NCBI RefSeq assembly: GCF_009834535.1
Contig: NC_045697.1
Span: 104,038,001 to 104,102,000, forward strand
From: Camelus ferus
Taxonomy: Eukaryota
Reading direction: 5' to 3'
DNA: 64,000 bases
Program-made: the position numbers and the translations under genes
Part shown: positions 1 through 13,083 of the stretch, one piece after another
How positions within the stretch are numbered: position 1 is the stretch's first letter
Layout of the letters: each line of letters opens with the position of its first letter
The notes under the pieces: generated by a model
Told to the model about the DNA's origin: nothing
Databases searched by the model: none
The model's input: only the letters and a program-made list of their open reading frames with translations

Positions 1-234
1 AGCTGGATCCTTTTTCACACCCCCAACCCCAAATAGTACTTAAGCAGCCAAATGAGCACATTTTGATTGTTGTTGTTGTTGCCAATATTTATCAGATAAT
101 TGCTTTCAGCCCTCCCCTTAGCTTTTAGTGTACAGATCAAGAACTCAAATCCTGGAGTGGAGACCAACATATTCCAGATGAGACACCAGTTTAACAGGTG
201 AGAATATCTGAAGATAAACTCAGGTCTCCAGAAG

Positions 235-328
235 TTTCAAAAATAATTATAAAGACTATCAATAACCCAAAATAGTTATAAAGACTATCAGTATATCAAT
301 TTCAAAAATAGTTATAAAGACTGTCAGT
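235..328. repeat. Three imperfect copies of ~23 bp CAAAATAGTTATAAAGACTATCA
   Basis: Copies visible at about 238, 268 and 303. Confidence 0.8.
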
Positions 329-1080
329 CCAACACTTGTCCTGTGACACAGTAAGTGCTTAATATATGTTCATAAAAGAAAATATTTTTCTTTGAGGTTT
401 TATGTCTTTAGTTATGTTGGGACACAATGTCATTTTGTAGAAATTATTTTATAAACATGTTAATGGATGCACTTATTTCATTGTACAGGTTTAGGCCAGG
501 TCTGCTACTACAAAGCAAGACCAATAATCCAACCATTTTCTACTGATTCTGGGAAGGGTTAACAGCAGACTCATGTAATTTAATAATCAAAATGAGCCGG
601 ACAAAAAGGCACAAAGTGGGTATGTCCAAACAGACATTAAATTGAATCCTTACATGTCTCTTTTTTGTCTTCAAATATGTTTCTTTCTGGTAGTTATTTG
701 AAAAGTAAAAGTTTAAGGGATAGCTGGATTGATTGTCCATGGACTGGTTATCAATTTTTATTTGAAAGGACCACAACACTCATGGGTTGCTTGCTTTCCC
801 ATGGCTCGCCCTGCCTTCCTTGAGTAAATGTCCATACTCTCCTTATAAGTCTGTCTGTCCCTAACCATTCATCCAGCGTGGACTGCATTGCATTTTTTTT
901 TTTTTGTAGGGCACCTTTCATTTCATTGGTGTTGTATTTTAATATTTCATTAATTATTTATATAATATTGAATGATGATTATATTGGTAATGGTAATTAT
1001 GCATTGATGATCCACTTTCAATGTACGAGGCATTTTAAATCTTTTGAATAGCAATTTTACCTTTTAAAACATCACCTTGT

Positions 1081-1389
1081 TTTTTTAATTTTTTTCCTTT
1101 TTTTTATTGACGTATAGTCAGTTTATAATGTTGTGTCAATTTCTGGTGCACAGCATAGTGTTTCAGTCATACATATACATACATATATTCTTTTTCATAC
1201 TCCTTTTCATTATAGGTTACTACAAGATGTTGAATATTGTTCCCTGTGCAACAGTATAAACTTATTCATCTATTTTATATGTACTAGTTAGTATATGCAA
1301 ATCTCAAACTCCTAATTTATCCCTTCTCACCCTGTTGCCCCCCTGGTAACCATAAGTTTGTCTTTTCTATGTTTGTGAGTCTGTTTCTG
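1081..1389 (-). mobile_element. 5'-truncated young L1 3'UTR fragment with TSD
   Basis: T-rich tail on the left; matches the other L1 3'UTR copies in the window. TSD TAAAACA(T/C)CACCTTGT at 1065-1080 and 1390-1405. Confidence 0.9.
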
Positions 1390-2184
1390 TAAAACACCAC
1401 CTTGTATGTGTTTACCACTGAAACACAAATGGGAAGAAATTAGAATTTGACACAATCTATACCTAATTATTATTACTACTACTAAAATTTTTTTAAAGCT
1501 ACATCTTGGATATAACATACCAAAAACCAAGGCCTTAACTTTAATAGCTTTTCTCATTCTGTCTTGCTTAAATATAATGCAGTGATTAAATGGAGTACAC
1601 AATGATCACAATAAAATGAGCGAGGGGCACATAATATATTTTCCATGGAAAAATTTCTATCAAAAGTTGTTCATGTATACTTTTGTTGAATTTTCTATTT
1701 TAAAGGAAATTGTTTTTTTTTTTTTTTTTTTGCGCCAACTGCTTATCCAGATATGCTCAAAGGAGAGATGTCTTAATGGAAGAAGCATGATTGAAGCATA
1801 AGATGGAAACTTTCCTCAAGGAAGAGATCTGGAAAGGTTACAGTGAGCCACAGTTACTGAAGCGTACGATATACCTCTGTGCTATCGGCTCTTCGAACCT
1901 GTGAGATGTGACCTGATTTTTCCCTCGCATTCAAGGTCACCGCTAAACTTACCAAAAATCAAAAATAAAATAATACGAAAGAGGGATAGACAAAGAAGGG
2001 TTTAGGAGCATATTTAAAAAGACTGCATTAGTTTAAAATAACTGATGATGAAAGGGTCACTTAAGAAGGGCACTGCTTAAAATTTAAGCAGGCGGTAATG
2101 GAAAGCGACAGACCTCAAACAATTTAAGTCTTTCACAGTTGAGTGAATTCCCAGTGACAGCAAGACAAGGATGTGCTAACTTAC

Positions 2185-2276
2185 CTCTGCAGGACCTTGG
2201 CCGTGGCTTCATAGCCTCTCCCCAGGCTGAGATCATCATCCAGGTCTGTAGAGATTTTGATGTAAGTGTTAAGGAC
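2185..2276 (-). CDS. TTC29: TTC29 internal coding exon (92 nt, phase 0-2)
   Basis: Read by hand; not in the ORF track. VLNTYIKISTDLDDDLSLGRGYEATAKVLQ+AG. Acceptor attcttcttccccgtAG at 2278-2277; donor AG|GTAAGT at 2184. Continues the frame after ...ETALT. Confidence 0.95.
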
Positions 2277-4401
2277 CTACGGGGAAGAAGAATATGGATG
2301 AAACATATACATGACCAGATTCACGGATGTTCCATTTCATAACAGAAAAAATTAAAATTAATAGTTGTTTTTAATGTTCCCATAAAATTTGTTTTTGTTT
2401 ATTAAAAATTCATGTTGGTTTGGTTTATTTTTATCTATAGTCTAACTTGTTTCGTAGCAAGCTCTTTGAGCCATGACAGTGAAGTCTTCCTCTTGTAAAA
2501 ATAATTCTTTCCCTGCACAATCCAAAATCTTCCAATTGATATAGCTTAGGTGTGAATAAATAATTGCAGGCTTACAACATTACCTTAAAATATGGGACTA
2601 TTATCTTAGGTAATACAAGGCAGATTATAGTAGCCTACTATGGTAGCTTAAATATCACTTTTCTTCCTATAAATAGCTGTTTGAAAAGCATGAATTTCAG
2701 TGCCAGGCAATTTCTAAATCTATCATTTTATTAGACACATATCTCACAGTTGGTACATGTATTCAGTATACACTAAGAATATTTCTTACAAATGTACTTC
2801 ATTACCAACAATCTCTTCAATAATCAAAAGATTACAGCTGCCACAGCCAAACATATGATCTTAATTTAGCACTGCCATCATCTGCATGGGATAATTTCCC
2901 TTTTTATTCTTTTTCCCTTTCAAGGGCCAGAAGAAGGAAAATATGTAAAATAAAATGCCCTTCCTCCTTCCTCCTCCTTCATTGTTACTTGACCCAACCT
3001 ATTACACACATGAAGACACAGGAAATCTCCAAAGACCTCTATGAAAATCCTTTTTGCACATTTTCTAAGGAAGAATTAGTGAAAGGCATTTGACAGCGTT
3101 GGGAAGAGTCAGTGTGAGGGAGACATCCATATGTGCTGGCGGCCTGAACTGGGCATCTTAGAAAGTTTGCATATTAGAGGCGGTGTTGATATTCATCTTT
3201 ACTTTCTTAAAGTTAATATTTGGGAAATAAATTCAATGAGGCCACTGTGATACCTCATAATTCGCTGATGTGTCTGTGGGGTTTACAAGTGACGGCTTGA
3301 CATAATACTGATATCAAAACTTAACTGATACATATTGACCCAGTGTTTCAATTCCCAATTAAACCTGCAAAGTTCAAATCTTTGACTCTTATTTTTAGGC
3401 CTCTTAATAAGCCCTGTATAAACCTGAGAATATTCTTTTTTTCACTCCGTTGTGCATAACTGACAACATCTAGATTAAGTCTGATATGACTTGACATAGA
3501 GCTTTCTGAGTTAAGGGGCAGAACCCTTGAATTTTGTGAATATAAATTCAGAGACTAAATATGAGACCTTATTAAATCCAAATATCAAAATATTGAAGAA
3601 GTGGCTTTCTAGTGTCTTTTTTTGGTTCATATATATTTTATATGACATTCTAGAAATTTAAAGATTAAATCTTAACTTTTTAAAGTAACAAATGTACTTT
3701 TAAACATTGAGTATTATATTTTGTGTCAAAAATAGTTCATTTATTCAGCAAATGCTGTTTCTGTATGCCAGTGCTGTGTTAGACCCTAGGAAATCTTAAA
3801 AGAGAAGAGAGCATGCTTATAGCCTTCAAGGCATTTACAGGCTAGCAGTACAGAGGTTTGTACGGATGCAGTGGTGTGAATTAGCAATGACTAAAGATAG
3901 TTTCTCCAGGGCTTAAACTCTGTTTATCCTGCATCAGTCTCCCACCCCCTGGCCATGGTGGACCCAGAAGCAGTACACACCGTCCTGCGGCACCCAGCGT
4001 TATCTTAAGGGTAGGACTCTTTGGCCCACGATTAGGAGAGCAGGTGCCTGAGAAATCACAGGTAAGTACTTCAGAGTTGATGCATCCTATTCTGCACACG
4101 TGGGCAGCACTTCCAGGACCCAACACATCTGGTCCAGGAAACCTCCCCGAGTGGCTAAAGGAAACCTCTCTCTGAGAGCTGTTGTGAGATTGCTGTGAGA
4201 TTATCAGAGTGGTATTAAACCTGGGACAAGAATTCTCTGGGACTCTGTTAACCAGCCATTAGTGGACAGCTTCTGGAGAGTTCTCTCAGAGTAAAGACAA
4301 CACATTTTATTTGTGGCTAGAGGGAGTTCCTCTCTCAGCTTAAATACTTTACCTAAAAAGAATATAGTTCATTACTGGCCCAATAAGGAAATAGTCAATT
4401 A

Positions 4402-5238
4402 CGGTGGACCCCCCCTTAGCCATGGGGGCTACGTGTCCAGACCCCCAGTGGATACCTGAAACCTTAGACAGTACTGAACCTTTTATAAACCATGTTTTCT
4501 TCTGTACATATATACCTATGATAAAGTTTAATTTATAAGTTAGGTACAGTAAGAGGTTAACAACCATAACTGATAATAACATAGAACAATTATGACAATA
4601 TACTGTAATAAAGTTATGTAAATGTGGTCTCTTTCTCAAAATATCTTACAAATTTAATGTGTTTTGCATCTTAACTATGTACTTATCACACACTGTGGCT
4701 GTAACTTTTGCAGTTTGAGATGTGACAGCAAAATTAGCAGGGGATTCTTTTTCCTTCTTCATATTTCATAGACAGAAGATTCGTTCTTACTGCAGATCTT
4801 GGCAACTTCAGCATACAATTTTTTTTCTTTCCTTATTGAATTAAGAACTTGTACCTTTTAAAGGAAGCACTTTAGGCTTCTCTTTAGTATATCTGAACTG
4901 CCAGCATCACTCATTTTGCACTTCGGGCCATTATTAAATAAAATAATGGTAACCTGAACACAAGCCCATGAGACTGAAACAATAACCCAGTAACTTAGAT
5001 AGTTACTAAGTGACTAACGGCCAGGATATGCCAGGCAAAGGGATGGTTCACATCTCGGATGGAGGGGATGGAACAGAAGGAAGACACAAGATTTTGTCAC
5101 ACTACTCAGAATGCTGTGCAATTTAAAACTTATGAATTATTTAGATCTGGAAATTTCCATTTTATATTTTCTGACCTTGGTTGACTGTGGGTAACTGAAA
5201 CTTTGGGAAGCTAAACCATGAGTAAGAAGGGCCTACTG
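4402..5238 (-). mobile_element. MER44/Tigger7-type TcMar-Tigger non-autonomous DNA transposon
   Basis: Degenerate terminal inverted repeats (CGGTGGACCCCCCCTTAGCC... and ...GAGTAAGAAGGGCCTACTG), TA on the left flank, and internal sequence resembling the MER44 consensus. Confidence 0.85.
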
Positions 5239-5496
5239 TTCATGAAACCCACCCTGAGGACCATGAAAGTGCTGTAGAGGAGCCCGCCTAGATCAAAGAC
5301 AGGGCCTCTGCTCCTCAGGAATGTGAGTGCTGGTGGGGGAGTCAACTCAGGTGAAATCATAAGGAGAATACAAGGCAAAACTCAGTAGATTGGTAATTGT
5401 ATAGTTCAAACTAAGAGGACAGAAAGGACATTGTTAAACAGGAAAAAAATATAAAAGTGGAAAAATAATATGAGATTACTAATCGTGTAGAAAATA

Positions 5497-6136
5497 ACTG
5501 TTGGTCAGAATGTAAACTTGTGCAATCACTACGGAAAACAGTACAAAGTTTCCTTAAAAAACTAAAAATAGAGCTGCCATATGATCCAGCAATCCCACTC
5601 CTGGGCATTTATCTGGAGAAAACGCTAATTCAAAAACATACTTGCATCACAATATTCACAGAAGCACTATTTACAATAGTCAGGATATGGAAGCAACCTG
5701 AGTCCATCAACAGATGAGTCGATAAAGATGTGGTGTATATTCAGTGGAATATTACTCACCTGTAAAAAAGAATGAAACATTGCCATCTGCAGCAACATTT
5801 TGAAGTAAGTCAGACAGAGAAAGTGATATGATATCACTAATACATGGAATCTAAAAAATAACACAAATGAATCTGTATACAAAACAGAAACAGACTCACA
5901 GGCATAGAAAACAAACTGAGGGTCATCAAAAGGGAAAGGAAGTGGGTGACGGATAAATTTGGGGTATTATATATAAAATAGATAAGCAACAAATATTTAC
6001 TGTATAACACAAGGAGCAATATTCAATATCTTGCAATAACCTATAATGGAAAATAATCTGAAAAAATATATGTAACTGAATCATTTTGCTGTATATCTAA
6101 AACTAACACAATATTCTATACTTCAATTTTAAAAAG
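5497..6136 (+). mobile_element. L1 3' end (ORF2 C-terminus plus 3'UTR)
   Basis: ORF-track peptide [20 protein letters not shown]...FTIVRIWKQP is the L1 ORF2 C-terminal region; followed by a typical 3'UTR ending TATACTTCAATTTTAAAAA. Confidence 0.92.
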
Positions 6137-7134
6137 CATGAATATCAAATATCTCTAAAAAACCCTAAATTCTGTGGAAAATAAAGATGTTTTATATTGA
6201 TCTTATGGTAAGTTACTTTACCTGCTTTTTAATTAAGGTATAATTTATAAATTATTAAATATTGATCAACTTTAATCATTAGATAAATAGTGGAATCCTC
6301 TTTACAAAGAATACTTTAAGTGGGAAAATACAGTGTGGAAATCTGAGGAATCCATAGTACTTGACTAAATATCCCTGTGGCATGCAGTATGTTAGAAACA
6401 AATCCAAGGTCTGGAAGGTTAAATTCTATTATTGCAAATCAAAGGTAGGAGAGAAAAAATAATCTCAGGTGCAAAATATTTTGATGAGTTGAAAATTCAG
6501 TGTATATCCTTAAATTTTATGAACAATGAAATTAACTTTTGTAAAAAGACAAAGGAAAACACTGATTAAGCATGCTACTATGTCGATTTCAATGAACATG
6601 ATTACAAGATTACCAAAGTTGGAAAAGTCAGTTCCTGTACCTAATAAAAATTGAATGCTGTGTAGCCACTTGATCACATTGTTCCAATTTCAGTGAATAA
6701 TGGAGATGAAGTTTTGAAAGGTATTTTCCTAGAAGCTTTAAAGGCATGGACTTTATCTTTCCACTAGAATAAAATTGATTTACTTGAAAAGATATTTTCC
6801 AATAAAATCCAAGTTCTTAAAATGAGATAATTTCTATTGGTTACCTAAAAGCAAAACCAATAGAATACCTAGCATAAAAAAAATGAGAGTGTGCAAAAGA
6901 ATAATTCTGGCAGTATGCTACAAGTTCTTTAAAGAATTGTTTGCTATAAAGTCAAATTTTAAGAATCATTAATTTATTTTGTTGCAATAGCTTTCAAGGG
7001 AGCATTGGATTTAAGTCAAGATTGTCACCTGTCAACAAAATGAATAGTATATACATATATATGTATATATAGTGTGTTTATATAGATAGGTATACACTAA
7101 CACTAGTATATATCTATATCTATATAGAGAGATT

Positions 7135-7248
7135 GTATGAAAACAAAAATATGTATAATTTGCATATGCATGACTGGGACATTGTGCTGTACACCAGAAA
7201 TCAACACATTGTAACTGACTATACTTCAATTTAAAAAAATAAATAAAT
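7135..7248 (+). mobile_element. Short young L1 3' terminus, preceded by a TA-rich low-complexity tract (7045-7130)
   Basis: GCATGACTGGGACATTGTGCTGTACACCAGAAA...ACTGACTATACTTCAATTTAAAAAAA, the same terminus as the copy at 43674-43847. Confidence 0.85.
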
Positions 7249-7671
7249 TCTGTGCTTGAGCTTTGGCACCTTTAAGGCAGGACACTATGAAGCCATTATT
7301 ACATCTAACAATATTAGACAACAATTGCTTTCTCTCTTTTACATCTTTAGGATTTCCAGTTGTGAGGGTGCCTTGGAACAAAAGAAAATAAACTCTTGGA
7401 TACTGATCCCCTTCTCTTCCTCTGTTTTCCCATTCCTTACCTCACTGCAATCTCTGTCTTATGGTCTCCTTATTTCAGACAATGTTAAAACAGAAGAAAT
7501 TCTAGAAATCATGGTTTTTATAACTGCTTTCAAAACTGAAACTTACTTTAACCACTGTGATGATTATCACTCCTGGACTGATTTTCCAAAATTAGATGGG
7601 ATCTTCTCCCCACCCCTCTGTCCAACCAATCATTGTAAGGAAACAGTGTCCCAGTTCATTTGTTTTAAACC

Positions 7672-8000
7672 CTTTTTATTTTAAGATAATTGTAGATTTA
7701 CATGCAATTGTAAGAAATAATGAAGAGCATACTCAAAGCCTTAACCCAGCTTTCCCCAATGGTAACATCTCGATAGTGTATCACAATTAGGGAATTCATG
7801 TTGATACAATTCACCCACCTTACACCAGTTTTACATGCGCTTGTGTCTGTATACATATGTGTGTGTGTGCACCTGCCCACGTACATGTGGGGGGTGTTAA
7901 CTGTATGCTATTTTATTGCATGTAAATATTCATGTTACCACCACCACAATCAAGATACAGAAAAGTTCTACCAGTACAATGATCTCCCATGCTACTCTTT
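7672..8000 (-). mobile_element. Old L1 (L1MC/L1MD-like) 3'UTR fragment
   Basis: TTTATTTTAAGATAATTGTAGATTTACATGCAATTGTAAGAAATAAT...CCACCACAATCAAGATACAGAA is typical of antisense L1MC/MD 3' ends. Confidence 0.7.
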
Positions 8001-8949
8001 TTCAATTCATTTTTAATATGTTTGCTACTTAGAAAAGAGAGAGAAAAATATTTTTTTCTCTTTTAATTGGGTTAAAGAAAGATCTTCCATGGGAAAAATT
8101 CTGAAATAACTTGGCATCTGACCTCTTCCCTTATGGTAGACCTCCCCTACCTTGTGTGTTCGTATTTCCCCAGGGAAATTTCCTCAGTTAAGTGACAGAA
8201 GAATAGTAGTTGATGAAACTAATTTATACTTTGGTATGGATGACTCAAAGATCATTAATTCTGCCAGAAGAAGCTGTAATTTTAAAAAGAGGATGCTTTG
8301 AAGCTCCAAATCATTTCTTCTGAGAGGAGTCTTTTGCAGTCTAACAAAGGGAAATGGAACAATTCATATAGTGTGTGGCAGGATAATTTGGGAAAAAGGT
8401 TATTAAAAAAAGAGGCCAACCTTGTCTTGAAATTCCATCTCATGCTATGATCCCTTAAGCAAATACTGATTGTTATAACCTCCTTTTTGGAGGTCTACTT
8501 CTGTACCTTCAGATTTTCTAGAAGTTCCACATGCTTTTCCTTAATGTTCTTTATGCCAGGGGCATGGAAGAGATAAAAACAGGGAAGAGGAGAGTGTGGA
8601 GCAGCAGATGTGAAAATCAGGCCTGTGTAAGTCACTGATACCTGAAAAGGTAACTACATGCTATTTTTACTCTCTCTTGTTACCACGTTCTTTATAATGC
8701 TCAACCTTTAAACCACTGTATAATGCAAAGAATCCTTCCAGTACATCCCATTCGATCATTAGACGTGACTGCAAGATAAAATTATGTGTATACATATATA
8801 TACACATGTATATATATTCTAGGTACATAATATATATGTATTATATAGATATACCCCTGCTCTCAAAGACCTTACTATCTAAGGCAATAAGACATACAAA
8901 TGCAGAAATTACATAATGCTGCAATCCTGCATAAAGAGCTAAACAGTTG

Positions 8950-9250
8950 TTTAACTCATTAGACAAATACTGAGTGTCTTCCTTGTTCCGGGTGCTAATG
9001 AGACAGCAGTGAATAATGCACAATCCCTGCCCCCATGCAGTCTATGCTGCATTTAGGTGATGAGGAGAAAATGTGTAATTTGTAATAAATGAGTGAATTT
9101 CAGATAATCATAAGCACAACGAAGAAAATACAACTGAGAAAGGCTTCATATAGAAAGAGAAACTCAATGTGCATTTTAAAGGAATAATGGGATTGGGTCA
9201 GCATTGAGCGGAGCTTGAGCAGAGGATCAGAGGTGGAATGAGTGATACAA
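8950..9250 (-). mobile_element. L2 3' end relic
   Basis: ACTCATTAGACAAATACTGAGTGTC...GTGCT...ACAGCAGTGAATAA...CCCTGCCCCCATG pattern of an antisense L2 tail. Confidence 0.6.
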
Positions 9251-9514
9251 TGAGAAAAAGCTTTCCCAGGGTCCACAGAAGCAACGATGGCCGACAGAAA
9301 AGGTTGCTGTAAGGTTCACGCATAGAACGCCGTGCCTAGTAACATGGACTAAGTAATCACAGTTTTAACTGACGGTCTTACATGGAAAAACTTCCCAGTG
9401 GCAATTCATCTGTTTGATTACAAAGAAAGAACTTGACCATTGTTTTGAAGGCAAGGCAGGTCCTTCACTTTCATACTTTATATGACCATAAAAGGAGTCT
9501 TGTAGGGCTTTTTT

Positions 9515-9650
9515 ATTTTTGTTTTTGTTTGTTTGTTTTTAGAGGGGGAGGTAATAGGTTTTGTTTTTGTTTTAAATGGAAGTACTGGGGATGGAACCCA
9601 GGACCTCGTGCATGCTAAGCATGCACTCTACACTGAGCTATACCCACCGC
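9515..9650 (-). mobile_element. Vic-1-type camelid SINE (tRNA-Ala-derived) with TSD
   Basis: Reverse complement has a tRNA-Ala(AGC)-like head GGGTATAGCTCAGTGTAGAGTGCATGCTTAGCATGCACGAGGTCCTGGGTTC, then ACCTATTACCTCCCCC and an A-rich tail. TSD TCTTG(T/C)AGGGCTTTTTT at 9498-9514 and 9651-9667. Confidence 0.9.
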
Positions 9651-10269
9651 TCTTGCAGGGCTTTTTTAATTCATAGTTTTTGTCTGTCTACTTTCTAGGC
9701 AGCTCAAGGTGTTTGGTTCAAATATGACACATCAAAAGTGGTGCGGTTGGCTGCCTTGTTTCCTATTATTCCAAGTTTTCAAAGTTTTATGCAGAGTTGC
9801 TCCCATGCCTAGGGAAAGGAGAGGAAGTATTTTTTCTTTCTCCGTCTGGCACAGTACAGAGCATCCATAACTCAAACTAATACAGATCAGTGACATGAAA
9901 TTTCAGTGGGTCTCTGCTCTGGCTGGGGACCCTAACTGCTATTGTTTCTGTAGGAAAATAATCCATAGAAAGTATTATATAAAACAAGTTCTAGCATTAG
10001 TGCATCTGAGATGGCAATTATGTAATTTTGCAAAAATTTCAGTAAACTCTAATTCTCTTTTTATTCCATATTTTGGGTATTTTTTTTTTCTATGTACATT
10101 CCTTTTTACACTGACACCTTCCCCTCACTGCTCTCTTCCTTAGTTAACTCAGCATAGGGACTCCTGCTCTGAGGGCACAGACCAGGCTTTGGAAGGCCTT
10201 ATGGAGTAATTAATCAAATCTCCCTCTGGGTGTTCAAAGTTTCTCCAAATATCACAGGCTTCTGAGTCA

Positions 10270-10410
10270 GGCAGGTTTAGTTCTGAGCTGAGTGACTTGT
10301 GTCAAGAGATTTAATGTCTGTGAGTTCATTTTCTCAGGTGTAAAATGGAAACGAATAAAGTCTACCTCAAAAAGACTTTATAAGGTTCCTGAGATGAGGT
10401 ATTTAAAAGT
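10270..10410 (+). mobile_element. MIR fragment
   Basis: Core similar to GCTGTGTGACTTG...TTTCTCATCTGTAAAATGG...CTACCTCA. Confidence 0.6.
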
Positions 10411-10467
10411 ACCTACAAAGGATTTGAATGAAACAACTGCTTATTTCTCCCAAGTGCTTATCTAACC

Positions 10468-10655
10468 TAGTGGTTCTCAAATGGGGGCAAGTTTGCCCCC
10501 TGGGGGATACTTGGCAGTGTCTGGAGACGTTTTGGGTTGCCATAATTGGGAAAAGCCAGGTATGCTGCTCAACACCCTGCAATTTACACGACATCCCCCT
10601 ATAACAAAGAATGGCCCAGCTCCGAATGTCAGTAGTGTGCTATTGAGAAAGCCTC
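10468..10655 (+). mobile_element. MER20 (hAT-Charlie) DNA transposon
   Basis: AGTGGTTCTCAAATGGGGGCAAGTTTGCCCCC...TGTCTGGAGAC...AACAAAGAAT...TTGAGAAAGCCT matches MER20. Confidence 0.88.
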
Positions 10656-11974
10656 ATCTGGCTTTTGCTTGAACAGTTTTCCTGATGGGAAACTATCCCC
10701 TCGTGAGACTAGCCACTCAATCATCGGGGAGTTACGTGAATAAAACTACTGGTTAAGTTAAAGCAAGATCTGCAACGCCGCCTGCTCGCTAAGGTTGTGA
10801 TGTGTGGGACAGTACAGGGTAAGTGCATGACTCTTCCACGTGTGGGTTCTTCCAATACTGAGAGATAGCTGTGTTCCCTCCTCAAAGCCTCCAACTATTT
10901 ATAGAGGCTTCCAGGACACTCTGAAACAAGTGAGGATGAAACTGCAACAGTTTTGCTACATTGGAACATTTTCTTTCTAAATTTTGTCTATAAGTCTAAG
11001 AGTTCTAGAGGAGTTTAAATAAACCCACCTGGACAAAAATACATCTGTAAAACGATAAAAAGGCATCCATCAGACTAGTCTGTAAATAAAAAGTTATGAG
11101 CCCATTGCCTAGGGTCCGTTTTTTTTCTTTCTTCCTTGCCCATCATAAAAAAGGCAGCAGAGGTAACATTTTGTGATACATCCCCTATACGAACCTCAAA
11201 TCGTGCCATTTCATAACAAAAGTTCAGCACTGCACTCAATATGGTGCATTACTTTGAGGAGAAAAAGGCAACAACAGCAGATTTATTCTTGTGCAATAAG
11301 AAGCACAGAAATTAAAAAATCAAGTTTGCCATCTTGAGCTTGAAATCATTGTCAAATCTTATCGGAAATACATTTATTCTGATTTCTGGCAATCTAATCC
11401 CCTTTAGCCATTTCACAGTTGGTGAGCAGAAAGGATGTTTCTGCCTCATTTGCAGTGTCTGAACATGATTCAGACAATCAACTGCAACATTAGTCAAAGA
11501 TATCAGTGGCTAATGATTTCTGACAAGCACTGCAGTAGCAGGCTGAGGACCAGACTGGGCAGCAACAGCATTCAGAGCATTTTCCTAGAGCTGGCAATAG
11601 GCAGCGGGGGAAGACGATAAAAACGGAGGTAAACAGAACTGGTGTCACATCACTTAAAGGCTCTTACATACTCTCTGCAAAGGCATGGTATCTGACATGC
11701 AATAAATACAGTGATCTTTTTCTACAAATATGTTATGTTGAATGAACACTGAGGACCATCAAGTGTGCAGCTCTGTAAACTGTAACACACAAAAGTAGTT
11801 TAATGTTTTGCATTCTGCTGAACTATATCCTTAAGTTAAGAGCAGTCTAAACCTTACTGTTTATATTGATCATTTGGACTGTGTACCCTTTTCCCTGAAA
11901 TGCATTACTCATCACTTGGACTGTTACACACAGACTGTTTACATCACCTAGCACATAAAGTGATGGCTGTATGG

Positions 11975-12150
11975 TCCAGGGTGGAAAGGACTGAGTGTTA
12001 AAAGACATGTGTTTTGGCTTCTATTCTGCCATGAACTCAGAGTGTGACCTTGGACAGGTCACTTGGTTACCCTGACCTTCAGTTTCCAAGTATGAAAGAT
12101 AACAGGGCAGGACCAAAGATCTAGAATTCTCCCTTCCAAAAATATGATTT
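11975..12150 (+). mobile_element. MIR/MIR3 fragment
   Basis: GTGTGACCTTGGACAGGTCACTT...CCTTCAGTTTCC core. Confidence 0.55.
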
Positions 12151-12193
12151 TGATTTTAGACTCTACATTTCCATATTTAGTAATTTAAGATGT

Positions 12194-12542
12194 AAAAAAA
12201 AAAAAGAAAAGAAAAAAAGAAGACACTAGTGAACTTACCAACAAAACAGAAACAGACTCACAGACACAGTAAACAAACTTACGATTACCCGGGGGGGAAA
12301 GAGGGTGAGAAGGGAGAAATTGGGAGTTCGAGATATGCAAATACTAACTACTATGTATACAATAGATTAAAAAAATTTCTTCTGTATAGCACAAAGAACT
12401 ATACTCAATATCTTGTAGTAACCTATAATGAAAAAGGATATGAAAACAATCATATGTATGTATATGAATGACTGAAACATTTTGCTGTACACCAGAAACT
12501 GACACATTTTAACTGACTATACTTCCATTAAAATTAAAAAAA
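12194..12542 (+). mobile_element. Young L1 3'UTR fragment
   Basis: CAAAACAGAAACAGACTCACAGAC...CTGTATAGCACA...ACTGACTATACTTCCATTAAAATTAAAAA. Confidence 0.9.
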
Positions 12543-13040
12543 TGCCCTAATTGTTTTCAATAATTTATCTTTGGATTTAAAATCTCTGACAAATTTATTT
12601 TATGTTAAAAATTTTTTTTTTATAAAAGAGAAACAAATGATGTCATTTGACTCAGGTGAAAATTTATTTTCATGGTTCCTCCTCATTTGAAAAATCTTGA
12701 ACATTCTGAAGGATCTGCCTTCAAAAAATGTCCCTACCATGGTATAGGTGATGGCAAGGAGAGCTAAATCTAAGAAGCTTTTGATTCATATTAAATAGCA
12801 ATTGTTATGAATGCCCTGATCAGCGCATCAGCGCTCTTCAAACATAGCAAACATTTTTACAGTCTGAAATTTTTAAAAAATTTGATGAAAGTTCAATATT
12901 ATCCTTAAATTTATAAACTGAATTAGAATTGATAGTTAACCTCTCACATGCTTGAAGTCTATACTGTATTTTCAAAAGGTGTAAGGATAGAAATGCCTCT
13001 CAAAAAATTTCCATTCACCCAAAACTCTCTCTCTACCTAT

Positions 13041-13042
<2 letters not shown>

Positions 13043-13080
<38 letters not shown>
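13043..13080 (+). repeat. (CA)19 microsatellite
   Basis: Perfect CA run. Confidence 0.98.

Positions 13081-13083
<3 letters not shown>

Noticed and set aside
235..328. Repeat-spacer-like pattern reminiscent of a CRISPR array
   Set aside because: Eukaryotic context, only three degenerate copies with very short unequal spacers and no cas genes; it is a local tandem duplication.
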